Shown in pieces: positions 8,701 to 16,825 of a stretch of DNA of 22,066 nt. Within the stretch, counting starts at the first letter, position 1; each line of letters begins with the position of its first letter. The DNA lies in assembly GCA_964508365.1 (NCBI GenBank), contig CAZDTP010000057.1, positions 1 through 22,066 on the forward strand. The letters are read 5' to 3'. Source of the stretch: an uncultured archaeon (GTDB taxonomy: Archaea; Asgardarchaeota; Lokiarchaeia; Sigyniarchaeales; SOKP01). A program made the translations under genes and the position numbers. The notes beneath the pieces are model-generated. The model made no database searches. It was not told the DNA's origin and saw only the letters and a program-made list of their open reading frames with translations.

Positions 8701-10233
8701 CAGTAGCAAAGGATTTTAAACTCTAAAACCTTTTGAACTATAGTTTGTTCCATTTAATTCTGCATCTAATTTTGTAATTTTATTTATTCAAATATTGTAT
8801 TTAACAATATCGGGTATATACCACAAAATTTATTAGAAAGAAATGATAATATTTATGTATGCGACTACATGAAATATTTCCGCCTCCACTTCGTGGATTA
8901 GGAATTAAATCACTTCTCTCTAATGATAGTATTCTCGCATTTTTTAAAAAGTTTTGTGATGAAATTACATCTCGCATGTGGCGAACCAAAAGGGCTAGAA
9001 ATTCGAGATATGAGGATTCAGACTTTCTTAAGGTATTTTTCTTCTCAGAAATTATTGGTAGATCAATTCAAGACACCAGTGAAATGCTCAACGAGTATCA
9101 ATTAAGCCGTAAAAGAGGAAGGCGAAAAATCTTTGCGGATGGGAGGAGAAAACGCATGATACCGCATCAAACCGAAGTAAATAAATACCTACGCAGAATT
9201 GGATTGGCCAAAGCGCGCACAATCTTACGTAAGTGCCTAGACTTTCAATTAAAAGAAGCTATTGATAAAAAAATCATCTCCCAGAAAGTAAATGTTTTAA
9301 TTGACTTTACAGAACATCCATATTACGGGAAAAGGGAGGATGATATGATAAAAGGTACAAATCGGCAGAAGGGTACGAAGAAAATGCGTCATTATCTTGG
9401 ATTTTCGGTTTTTTCTCAAAACACACAACTCTTTGCAGGATTAGAGCATGTAGCAAAAGGGCAGTCTAAAATACCTCTCATCAATGATTTCTTGTTTTAT
9501 TTATTTGATATTGGTTTCGAGTTCGACTTCGTCATGATGGATCGCGAATTTTATCGTACCGAGCTTATAGAAGAGATAAAATCGATGGGAGGTGATAGTT
9601 TAATCCCTGCTAAGATGTACAAAAAAATAAAAAAGATGGTTGAAGAATATTTAAGCGGTAGAGGTGGTAGAACCCGCGCTTATAAATTTTCTGCTGCTCC
9701 GGGAGGGAGACATAAATGTGTACAGGAGGTCTACCTAATATTTAACGCAAAAAGAGGATATTCTTTATTGGGGCTTAAAAGGGCCGTTAGGAAAGGAGAA
9801 CTTACCATTGAAGATGCTCGGAAAAATATCTTCGTTATCATGACCACGCGGAAGCCTAAAGGAAAACAAAGCTCTTGGGCATCTCGCACTTCTCGATTAT
9901 ATCGTAAAAGATGGAATATTGAAACGGGATTTTCCGACTTAAATCGAATAAATCGTCGATGGAAATCAAACCACGATAATGTGAGATATTTAGACATGTT
10001 GGTCAGGATGCTCCTTTACAACTCGTGGAAAATTAACAAAAAGTTGCTTAAAAACTTAGGAAAAAAATCTTCGAGCTCTAAAGGTTGGACCTTAAATCGA
10101 AACAATGATTTGTTAGCACAATTAGCCTTTTCATTAGAGAAAAAATCACGGGGGGTGATTGGATAAATTTTAAATAATGTCGGTGTTCCGACCATAAGAA
10201 ATAGATGAAAAAAAAGTAAATAATTAAATACTG
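8701..10233 (+). mobile_element. ISH3-like insertion sequence (IS4 superfamily), 1533 bp, apparently complete
   Basis: Ends CAGTAGCAAAGGATTT and the reverse complement CAGTATTTAATTATTT (11/16 match). Flanked by the AAGTTAA direct repeat. Encodes one DDE transposase. Confidence 0.78.
8859..10166 (+). CDS. DDE transposase, ISH3/IS4-type
   Basis: LIDFTEHPYYG (D1), MMDREFY (D2) and YRKRWNIETGF (Y-R-E signature). Frame is intact. Confidence 0.9.
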   Translation: MRLHEIFPPPLRGLGIKSLLSNDSILAFFKKFCDEITSRMWRTKRARNSRYEDSDFLKVFFFSEIIGRSIQDTSEMLNEYQLSRKRGRRKIFADGRRKRMIPHQTEVNKYLRRIGLAKARTILRKCLDFQLKEAIDKKIISQKVNVLIDFTEHPYYGKREDDMIKGTNRQKGTKKMRHYLGFSVFSQNTQLFAGLEHVAKGQSKIPLINDFLFYLFDIGFEFDFVMMDREFYRTELIEEIKSMGGDSLIPAKMYKKIKKMVEEYLSGRGGRTRAYKFSAAPGGRHKCVQEVYLIFNAKRGYSLLGLKRAVRKGELTIEDARKNIFVIMTTRKPKGKQSSWASRTSRLYRKRWNIETGFSDLNRINRRWKSNHDNVRYLDMLVRMLLYNSWKINKKLLKNLGKKSSSSKGWTLNRNNDLLAQLAFSLEKKSRGVIG

Positions 10234-10240
10234 AAGTTAA
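10234..10240 (+). repeat. Right target-site duplication of the IS (AAGTTAA)
   Basis: Matches 8694-8700. Confidence 0.7.
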
Positions 10241-10248
10241 AAAAAAAA
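10239..10248 (-). terminator. Putative oligo-T terminator of the protease gene
   Basis: T10 tract on the minus strand about 35 nt after the stop at 10283; archaeal intrinsic terminators are U-tracts. Confidence 0.35.
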
Positions 10249-10282
10249 GAAAATTAAGATTTAATTAATTAATATTTACACT

Positions 10283-12409
10283 TTATTCATACCCAAACCA
10301 ATATCCTGAATTAATGATATGATCGGCATGATTTGTTACAATTGCTACTCTAACTCTTCTTGATGCGGCAGGAGTTTCCCCAATACAGAGGGTACCAAAT
10401 TCAGTTATAGGATCAATATCCATAGTTTTTATGTTATGTAGTCTCTGAGCATTATTACCATATCCCTCAAAATAATAATCCCAAGAGACCCATTTAGTAT
10501 CAATTATTTGCATTCCCCATGAATTATCGAATTGACCAGTACTTACATGCCAACCGTCAGTAACTTCCCATCCGTCTTCACCAGCTTCAACATCATCGAA
10601 AAAGCCAATTTCAGGAATAGAGATATCATCTACATACATCATTTGAAGAGTAAATGCTCCATCCTGCCATGTAGTGAAATAGAGATCGATTGTATGATCT
10701 TTAAACGGAGTTAGGTCCATGGTGACTGGCATATAACCAACACTATAACCTGTAAATGCATGCCAACGTCCTGCAGCTTCATAATCGCTTGGCTCACGAC
10801 CAGCTGGACAATTAGGATTATCTTGATCAAAAGCAACATAATCAACTGTACCAGCAGCATCTAATGTATACCATTCTCCGGTATCTTGGTCATAGACTTC
10901 AACATAACCATAATCCCAATCATCTTCAATCTCAAAATAAGTACGGAAATTAAGAGTCGCTCCACCAGCGGGGATATCAAATGTTTGATAAAAGCTGCGG
11001 TGTGCCCAGACCAATGCATCAGAATACCATTGATAGTTACCACTATATGCTAGATTTCCCGCCCATTCATCTCCATCAATCAAGACTTCAACCTCATTTT
11101 CATTTGTAAAAGGATAATAGTGCGCAGTGTAAGGTTGTGGATTACCATACCACCAATCGCTATATATATAAGGTATTCCTAAGAAAGAATCATCATAAGG
11201 GGCTCCGTAATAAATGTTTAAGAAGTAGGGTATAGTATAACCCCATGTGTCTCCACTACCGATATCAATTAAATCAAAACCATATTTGCCACCAGCTTTT
11301 TTGGTATCATCGAGATACATTGCAATGGTGAGAGCATCAAAAATTTCGTCAAATGATTCTGTGAAACCAAAATATGCTAGCGTATTCTCAACACCTTCAA
11401 TCCCATTAGCTTGCTCTTGAACCAAAGCAGTAAAGAATTCAGCACCACCATAATGTTCAAACATGTACAATGCCCATAAGTAGCTGATACCATAATCCGG
11501 TAAATCATTGCCCCAAAAGGTAAGTGGAGTCCACTCATGATAACTGAAATAATACGCAATATGACCTGAAGGATGTCCATAACCACACATGTACATTGCC
11601 ATATCGGCACATGCCTCATCAACCCATGAGGGTTCATCAGGATCTTGGTCAAAGTGGATCATATGTTGAAATTCATGGGCGAAGGTCCCCTCATATAAAT
11701 ATGGTCGTGCTGCATCGGGACCAACTCGATTTTCCCAGTCATAGGTATCAATGTGCATTATGTTTTTATTATTTGTCATACTTTCACTGGAAGAAAAATA
11801 ACCAGCAACATAAGAATCAGCATCGGGATTATAATAAGCATCGTCTCTAATGTTAAAGATTAGTGTCCAAACTTTATGGGATTCATCTCCTCGAGGTAGA
11901 GGGAAACCAAAAATAGAAGTGTCAGTAGGATAGATGTTATTATCAAACTGGTCAAGCATATATTCTAGGTCTGCATGGCTGAGTAAGTCTTCGGATCTTA
12001 ACCAAAGTTCACTATCATCTCCAATAGGATTAGCAAAGTGATAATTGGTGCCATCAAAACTGGTAAATGCATCTTCTGTTATTAAAATAAGTGAATTTGC
12101 TCCCTCTAAAACAACTATAAAGGTTTCATCATAATCCACTCCTAACCCATCATCACTGACGGTAAAAACAAAGTCATCTCCTACTTCAGCAGGTTCAAAA
12201 GAATATGACCCTTGAGCAGGAGCAGAAACCATCTCCTGTTCTCTCTTAATGAAATTCTCATGGGTAAGACCCAATAATGCATCTTCGTCACTAAGAGGTC
12301 GAAGTGTTTGAGCCGGTTCCTTCTTTGCCACTACAGAGGTAGTAAAAAGACCAACTGATATAAATGCAAACAACAGAGTTAAAGTAATTATTAAGTGTTT
12401 TCTATTCAT
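10283..12409 (-). CDS. Secreted zinc metalloprotease, immune inhibitor A (M6) / M30-like, with C-terminal InhA-type beta domain
   Basis: Signal peptide MNRKHLIITLTLLFAFISVG, HEFQHMIH (HExxH), WVDEACA, and LNFRTYFEIEDDWDYGYVEV plus MYVDDISI blocks typical of InhA-like proteins. Confidence 0.8.
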   Translation of the reverse strand: MNRKHLIITLTLLFAFISVGLFTTSVVAKKEPAQTLRPLSDEDALLGLTHENFIKREQEMVSAPAQGSYSFEPAEVGDDFVFTVSDDGLGVDYDETFIVVLEGANSLILITEDAFTSFDGTNYHFANPIGDDSELWLRSEDLLSHADLEYMLDQFDNNIYPTDTSIFGFPLPRGDESHKVWTLIFNIRDDAYYNPDADSYVAGYFSSSESMTNNKNIMHIDTYDWENRVGPDAARPYLYEGTFAHEFQHMIHFDQDPDEPSWVDEACADMAMYMCGYGHPSGHIAYYFSYHEWTPLTFWGNDLPDYGISYLWALYMFEHYGGAEFFTALVQEQANGIEGVENTLAYFGFTESFDEIFDALTIAMYLDDTKKAGGKYGFDLIDIGSGDTWGYTIPYFLNIYYGAPYDDSFLGIPYIYSDWWYGNPQPYTAHYYPFTNENEVEVLIDGDEWAGNLAYSGNYQWYSDALVWAHRSFYQTFDIPAGGATLNFRTYFEIEDDWDYGYVEVYDQDTGEWYTLDAAGTVDYVAFDQDNPNCPAGREPSDYEAAGRWHAFTGYSVGYMPVTMDLTPFKDHTIDLYFTTWQDGAFTLQMMYVDDISIPEIGFFDDVEAGEDGWEVTDGWHVSTGQFDNSWGMQIIDTKWVSWDYYFEGYGNNAQRLHNIKTMDIDPITEFGTLCIGETPAASRRVRVAIVTNHADHIINSGYWFGYE

Positions 12410-12423
12410 AATTTTTAATTCTC

Positions 12424-12456
12424 CAATTTGTTTTTATTTTTTTATTTCAACTTTTT
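12424..12456. repeat. 33-bp direct repeat, copy 1 (protease leader region)
   Basis: CAATTTG-TTTTTATTTTTTT-ATTTCAACTTTTT, 31/33 identical to 12851-12883. Confidence 0.65.
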
Positions 12457-12850
12457 AATTTGTAATATAAAGTGAGTTTTTATTTTGTTTGCGATATTCT
12501 AAGTGCTTTTCAACATTTTAGAATATTTCGCGCATTTCCAAAAAGTCAAATTAGACTTAATTCGGGAATATTTTATAATTAACCATTTTTCAATATTTAA
12601 AATTTTCTGTTTTAAATGAAAAGGAGGAAAGAGGAGGGGGACGATATTCCCATCTAGCGTTATCTTACTGTGTGAAAAAACTTGGACATAACTGTAAATG
12701 AGATAAAACGATTGATTTTTGTGTTCAAAAAGATTTAGTGAACAGAAAGTTGTGAGTTGATAAAATTTTTTGTGTGAATTCATGAATTTTTTTATAAAAA
12801 TTTTGCATAACACCTAACGTTTAAATATATGAGGACTATTACAGATAAGA

Positions 12851-12883
12851 CAATTTGTTTTTTTATTTTTATTTCAACTTTTT
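12851..12883. repeat. 33-bp direct repeat, copy 2
   Basis: CAATTTG-TTTTTTTATTTTT-ATTTCAACTTTTT. Confidence 0.65.
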
Positions 12884-12913
12884 TGACTGCATAATGCAGT
12901 CAACTTTTTTTTT
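12883..12913 (+). promoter_or_regulatory. Perfect 21-bp palindrome followed by a T-tract (operator or terminator-like hairpin)
   Basis: TTGACTGCAT-A-ATGCAGTCAA (12883-12903), then C and a run of T, in the divergent protease / homocysteine-synthesis intergenic region. Confidence 0.5.
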
Positions 12914-13094
12914 AGAATTTTTTATAACCCTTCTGAACTAGATTAAGTTGGGTTTAAAACACCTTTTATTATTCTCTTGCATTAAAAATGTTATAAATGC
13001 ATATTTAGAACATTAATATTTATAAATAGCATATAATTAATCCATATAATCAATTTTATTCATTTGGTTTGAAGTATAGAAAACTGGTGATGAT

Positions 13095-14567
13095 TTGACA
13101 AAATCGTATAGTGAAATTAACGAAAAAATTAAGAATGGTAGTGTGGTCGTGGTTACGGCCGAAGAAATGGTAAAGATTGTGGAAGAAAGAGGAGTTAGGG
13201 TAGCAGCTGAAGATATTGACGTAGTTACTACAGGAACTTTTGGACCTATGTGTTCTAGCGGTGCTTTTTTAAATTTTGGGCACTCTGATCCCCCAATCAA
13301 ATTCGAACATCTATGGTTAAACGATGTTCATGCTTATCACGGGAATGCAGCAGTTGATTGTTATATAGGTTGCACCAGAATGGCAGACATCAGACCATTT
13401 GAATACGGTGGAGGACATGTTATAGAAGATCTTGTTTCAGGAAAACCAATTAGATTAAGGGGTAATTCCTATACGACGGATTGCTATCCTTTAGCAGAAG
13501 TAGACACAACATTTACTATTGACGAGATTAATCAAGCAATCCTACTAAATCCAAGGAATGCATACCAACATTATATGTGTGCTGTCAATAGTTCAGACAA
13601 AACACTTTATACTTATATGGGTAAATTATTACCGAAATATGGAAATGCACATTTTGCTGGCGCAGGTGCGTTAAGTCCTTTGAGCAATGATCCTGATTAT
13701 GAAACATTAGGTATAGGAACAAGAATTTTCCTCGGAGGAGGAATTGGCTATATTATCGGAGAAGGTACTCAACATAGTCCAGGGGATAGATTTGGAACAA
13801 TATTTGTTAAAGGAGATTTAAAACAAATGACACCCGAATATCTAAAGGGAGTAACTTATAAAAAGTATGGAACATCCCTTTTTGTGGGATTAGGTATACC
13901 AATTCCAATATTAAATGAAGGTCTGGCAAAAAAAACTGCAATATCTGATGCTGAACTTTTTACTGATGTCGTTGATTATGGTGTTCCAAGGCGTGATCAC
14001 CCTAAACTAAAGCAAGTAAGTTATAAAGAGATGAAAAGTGGATTTATCGAATTGGATGGCAAATTAGTGAAATGTTCCCCCATGTCTTCATTTTATTATG
14101 CTAAAAAAATCGCGGAGACCTTAAAGAATTGGATTAAAGAAGGTAAATTCTTTTTGAATCCACCTGCAGAGACATTACCGACCGATACAATATTTAAACC
14201 TTTGAAAATTACATCCGAATTAAAATTTGTTAAAGATTTGAAGAAAAAAGCAGAAACTTGCTTCGACGATTGTGATATTAAGATAGTTGCTGAAAAAATT
14301 ATAAAAAATAATGTAAATCACATCGTCATTATTGACCGAGACAATGTACTTAAAGGAATCGTCACGAGTTTTGATATCACTAAAGCAATTGCTGAAGATA
14401 AGAAAAAACTTGATGAAATCATAACAAAACGAGTTATCACAACCTCAGACAATGATCTTCTTGATATTGCTGCAAGAAAAATGAAAACTAATGAAATATC
14501 CGCATTACCTGTGATAAACGAGCAGAAAAAGGTAATTGGAATTATTACTTCGGAGGAGTTGATGTAA
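13095..14567 (+). CDS. Homocysteine biosynthesis protein (L-aspartate semialdehyde sulfurtransferase, MJ0100/MA1821-like; DUF39 plus CBS pair)
   Basis: VVVTAEEM, DVVTTGTFGPMCSSG (C53), TDCYP (C130), GIGTRIFLGG, and a C-terminal CBS pair (GIVTSFDI, LPVINEQKKVIGIITSEE). TTG start after GGTGA. Confidence 0.92.
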   Translation: MTKSYSEINEKIKNGSVVVVTAEEMVKIVEERGVRVAAEDIDVVTTGTFGPMCSSGAFLNFGHSDPPIKFEHLWLNDVHAYHGNAAVDCYIGCTRMADIRPFEYGGGHVIEDLVSGKPIRLRGNSYTTDCYPLAEVDTTFTIDEINQAILLNPRNAYQHYMCAVNSSDKTLYTYMGKLLPKYGNAHFAGAGALSPLSNDPDYETLGIGTRIFLGGGIGYIIGEGTQHSPGDRFGTIFVKGDLKQMTPEYLKGVTYKKYGTSLFVGLGIPIPILNEGLAKKTAISDAELFTDVVDYGVPRRDHPKLKQVSYKEMKSGFIELDGKLVKCSPMSSFYYAKKIAETLKNWIKEGKFFLNPPAETLPTDTIFKPLKITSELKFVKDLKKKAETCFDDCDIKIVAEKIIKNNVNHIVIIDRDNVLKGIVTSFDITKAIAEDKKKLDEIITKRVITTSDNDLLDIAARKMKTNEISALPVINEQKKVIGIITSEELM

Positions 14568-14568
14568 A

Positions 14569-14961
14569 ACGACAATAATTAACTGCACCTTACCGTTTGG
14601 AATTGTTAGAGATATTAATAATTATTCTAAAATAATCAATGAAATATTGAGATACGATATTACGTTCAACATTTTAAAATTTTCAACGGATTCAAATGGT
14701 GTAAATTTATTACTAGATGTTCCGGAGGATAAAATCAGAACGATAACAGAATCATTAAAAAAAAATGATGTCATCGTTAATAAGAAAGGTCGTGTTATAG
14801 TATTAGATAACTGTATAGATTGCGGAGCTTGTATCTCGTTATGCCCAACCGAAGCATTATACTTTAATGGAAATTATAAGTTAGAATTCTCCTATGAGAA
14901 ATGTATTGGATGTTTATTATGTTTAGATTCGTGTCCAAGAAACGCAATTGAAGAATTATGA
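14569..14961 (+). CDS. NIL domain plus 2x[4Fe-4S] ferredoxin (MJ0099/MA1822-like partner subunit); start codon uncertain
   Basis: CIDCGACISLCP and CIGCLLCLDSCP. Frame is open from 14563, with ACG at 14569 giving 130 aa. The first canonical start is TTG 14647, which cuts into the NIL-like domain. Confidence 0.8.
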   Translation, partial: TTIINCTLPFGIVRDINNYSKIINEILRYDITFNILKFSTDSNGVNLLLDVPEDKIRTITESLKKNDVIVNKKGRVIVLDNCIDCGACISLCPTEALYFNGNYKLEFSYEKCIGCLLCLDSCPRNAIEEL

Positions 14962-14984
14962 CCAAACTTTTCTTTTTTCTTCGA

Positions 14985-15998
14985 CTACTGCTGAGTAATA
15001 ATCTCAAAAATTTCTTCAAGACGAGGAGTTTTTCTCGTTAAAGTAATACAACGTTCTTCTTCGCAACCTCTAAGGATAGCGATTAATTCGTTAAGATGGA
15101 TTGTGGGAATTTCTAACTTCTCACCAAACCATTTTTTGATATTATCTCTATATTCTGGTTTACTTAATGTATAGAGACAAGTGGGACAAGGCATCAAAAT
15201 AAAATCCGCCCCTACATTTTCGGCACTTTTTAACTTGTTATAAGTTACTTTAAGAGCTTCACGAGGATTAATTAACAATTGACTAGCTCCCCAGCCACAA
15301 CAGCTCTCTCTTTCTTGGTAATCAACAGGAATCCCCCCAAAAAGCTCAATAAGCTCCTCAAGTTTGGATTTACTACCTAAATAGCTATCTAGCGTTTTTT
15401 TATCTCTCGAAAGGTTCAAGTAATGGCAACCGTAGTGAACAGCAACTTTTAGGTTTCCCAGGTCGAATTTTAAAGTGTTAAGAACATCATTCCGTATAAG
15501 ATATAAAAAGTCCAAATCATGGACCAGTTTTAGCTTAGGATTTTCTAAAATATTATATATTCCAGGGTATCTTTCTCCATCAACAGTTTTACTAATTGAT
15601 TTTAAGATTTCTTGAGTTTTTACTCGTACTTCAGGGTTTTTTAAAAAATCTCGTCCTCTAAGAAGGGAATTGTAGCATCCATTACAACTAAAAAAGGCGA
15701 TTTCTGCTTGTTCATTCATCTCACTAAGGTTTCTTTCATTAATCGCTGAGAATTGAGCTCTTGTTATAAGATTTCTCTGAAAAAAAGTGCCGCTACAACA
15801 TGATTGATTCAAACAAGTCGAAGGATCTAATTGAAGTTCTTCTAATAGGTCCTGAAATCCCCATCTGACACCTGGAAAATACTTTTCTAAACATGCTTTG
15901 AACAAACATAATTTTTTTTCTTTGAAATAATCTAAAGGATTTTCAGGGTATTCCTTTTCAATTTCATGTAAATCTAATGCTAAATTATTAAAATTCAT
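14985..15998 (-). CDS. hdrB: Heterodisulfide reductase subunit B-like protein (two CCG domains)
   Basis: Two sets of non-cubane cluster ligands: KAC...SCCS...CNGC and HYGCH...SCCGWG...PCPTC. Confidence 0.88.
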   Translation of the reverse strand: MNFNNLALDLHEIEKEYPENPLDYFKEKKLCLFKACLEKYFPGVRWGFQDLLEELQLDPSTCLNQSCCSGTFFQRNLITRAQFSAINERNLSEMNEQAEIAFFSCNGCYNSLLRGRDFLKNPEVRVKTQEILKSISKTVDGERYPGIYNILENPKLKLVHDLDFLYLIRNDVLNTLKFDLGNLKVAVHYGCHYLNLSRDKKTLDSYLGSKSKLEELIELFGGIPVDYQERESCCGWGASQLLINPREALKVTYNKLKSAENVGADFILMPCPTCLYTLSKPEYRDNIKKWFGEKLEIPTIHLNELIAILRGCEEERCITLTRKTPRLEEIFEIITQQ

Positions 15999-16007
15999 TA
16001 TTTTCCC

Positions 16008-16529
16008 TTAAGATTTTTTTCTTTTTAAATTCTGCTTCTCTTTACTTGCTTTAAATACATATTTTATACGTGCAAAATCGCATATTGTGTTTAATTCGTC
16101 GATTCGTTCTTGTGGTAAATTTTCTCCTAACGGTTCTTCTAAAACTATCCCTTTAGTTAGGTATCTTTCTGACATTTCAACATATTTCCTTAAATCGTTA
16201 TAACGGGGTCCATAACCTCTTTTAAAAGACTCGTTCCTTAGATTTATAATAAGCAAGGGTATATTGATATTCTCTTTAGGACAAACTCGCGTACATCTTT
16301 CGCACAAGTAGCAGTGCCAGATATCTGAATCTTTCAAAACGCTTTTATCTCCACGCAAAATTTTTTGAATGATTTTTCTACTGTTGAATGTGGATACTTT
16401 AGCTGCAGGACAATCGCCTACACATTTTCCACAGGAAATACATTGTATTATATTTCTATTTTCATCCACATCTTCTACTAATTCCTTATAAAATTCCCAA
16501 TTCCAATCCAGTTCGGTGTGATCAGCCAT
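16008..16529 (-). CDS. hdrC: Heterodisulfide reductase subunit C-like 4Fe-4S dicluster protein
   Basis: CISCGKCVGDCP and IWHCYLCERCTRVCP. Lies 9 nt upstream of hdrB on the same strand. Confidence 0.88.
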   Translation of the reverse strand: MADHTELDWNWEFYKELVEDVDENRNIIQCISCGKCVGDCPAAKVSTFNSRKIIQKILRGDKSVLKDSDIWHCYLCERCTRVCPKENINIPLLIINLRNESFKRGYGPRYNDLRKYVEMSERYLTKGIVLEEPLGENLPQERIDELNTICDFARIKYVFKASKEKQNLKRKKS

Positions 16530-16825
16530 ATTTTTAGGATTTTCTATTATTTTTTTCTAATATTTCAACTTCTTTGAGAGATCTATAGCTTATAATCAAT
16601 ATTAATTATAAGATTTAATGATTATAAAAATAAGCATAAAAATCGAAGATTTATATTTTTATTAAGGCTTTAAACCGCTTATATTGTTGTTCAATGCATT
16701 TAGGTAGGGATTGAAACAAATACATTTAAGTTTTTAAAATAATTTATAATATAAATCAGTAATAATTATAAGGGAGTAGATATTGGCAAAGGTCATTAAC
16801 TTTATTTTTTTTTGGAGTTTATCGT

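Noticed and set aside
12499-12813. 104-aa minus-strand ORF in the intergenic gap
   Set aside because: Composition (F/K/L/I-rich) matches translation of AT-rich non-coding DNA, with no motif.
8801-14575. Short ORFs overlapping the transposase, protease and DUF39 genes (8801, 8923, 9731, 10532, 10861, 11377, 11596, 13037, 14318)
   Set aside because: Alternative-frame or antisense overlaps of longer, motif-supported genes.
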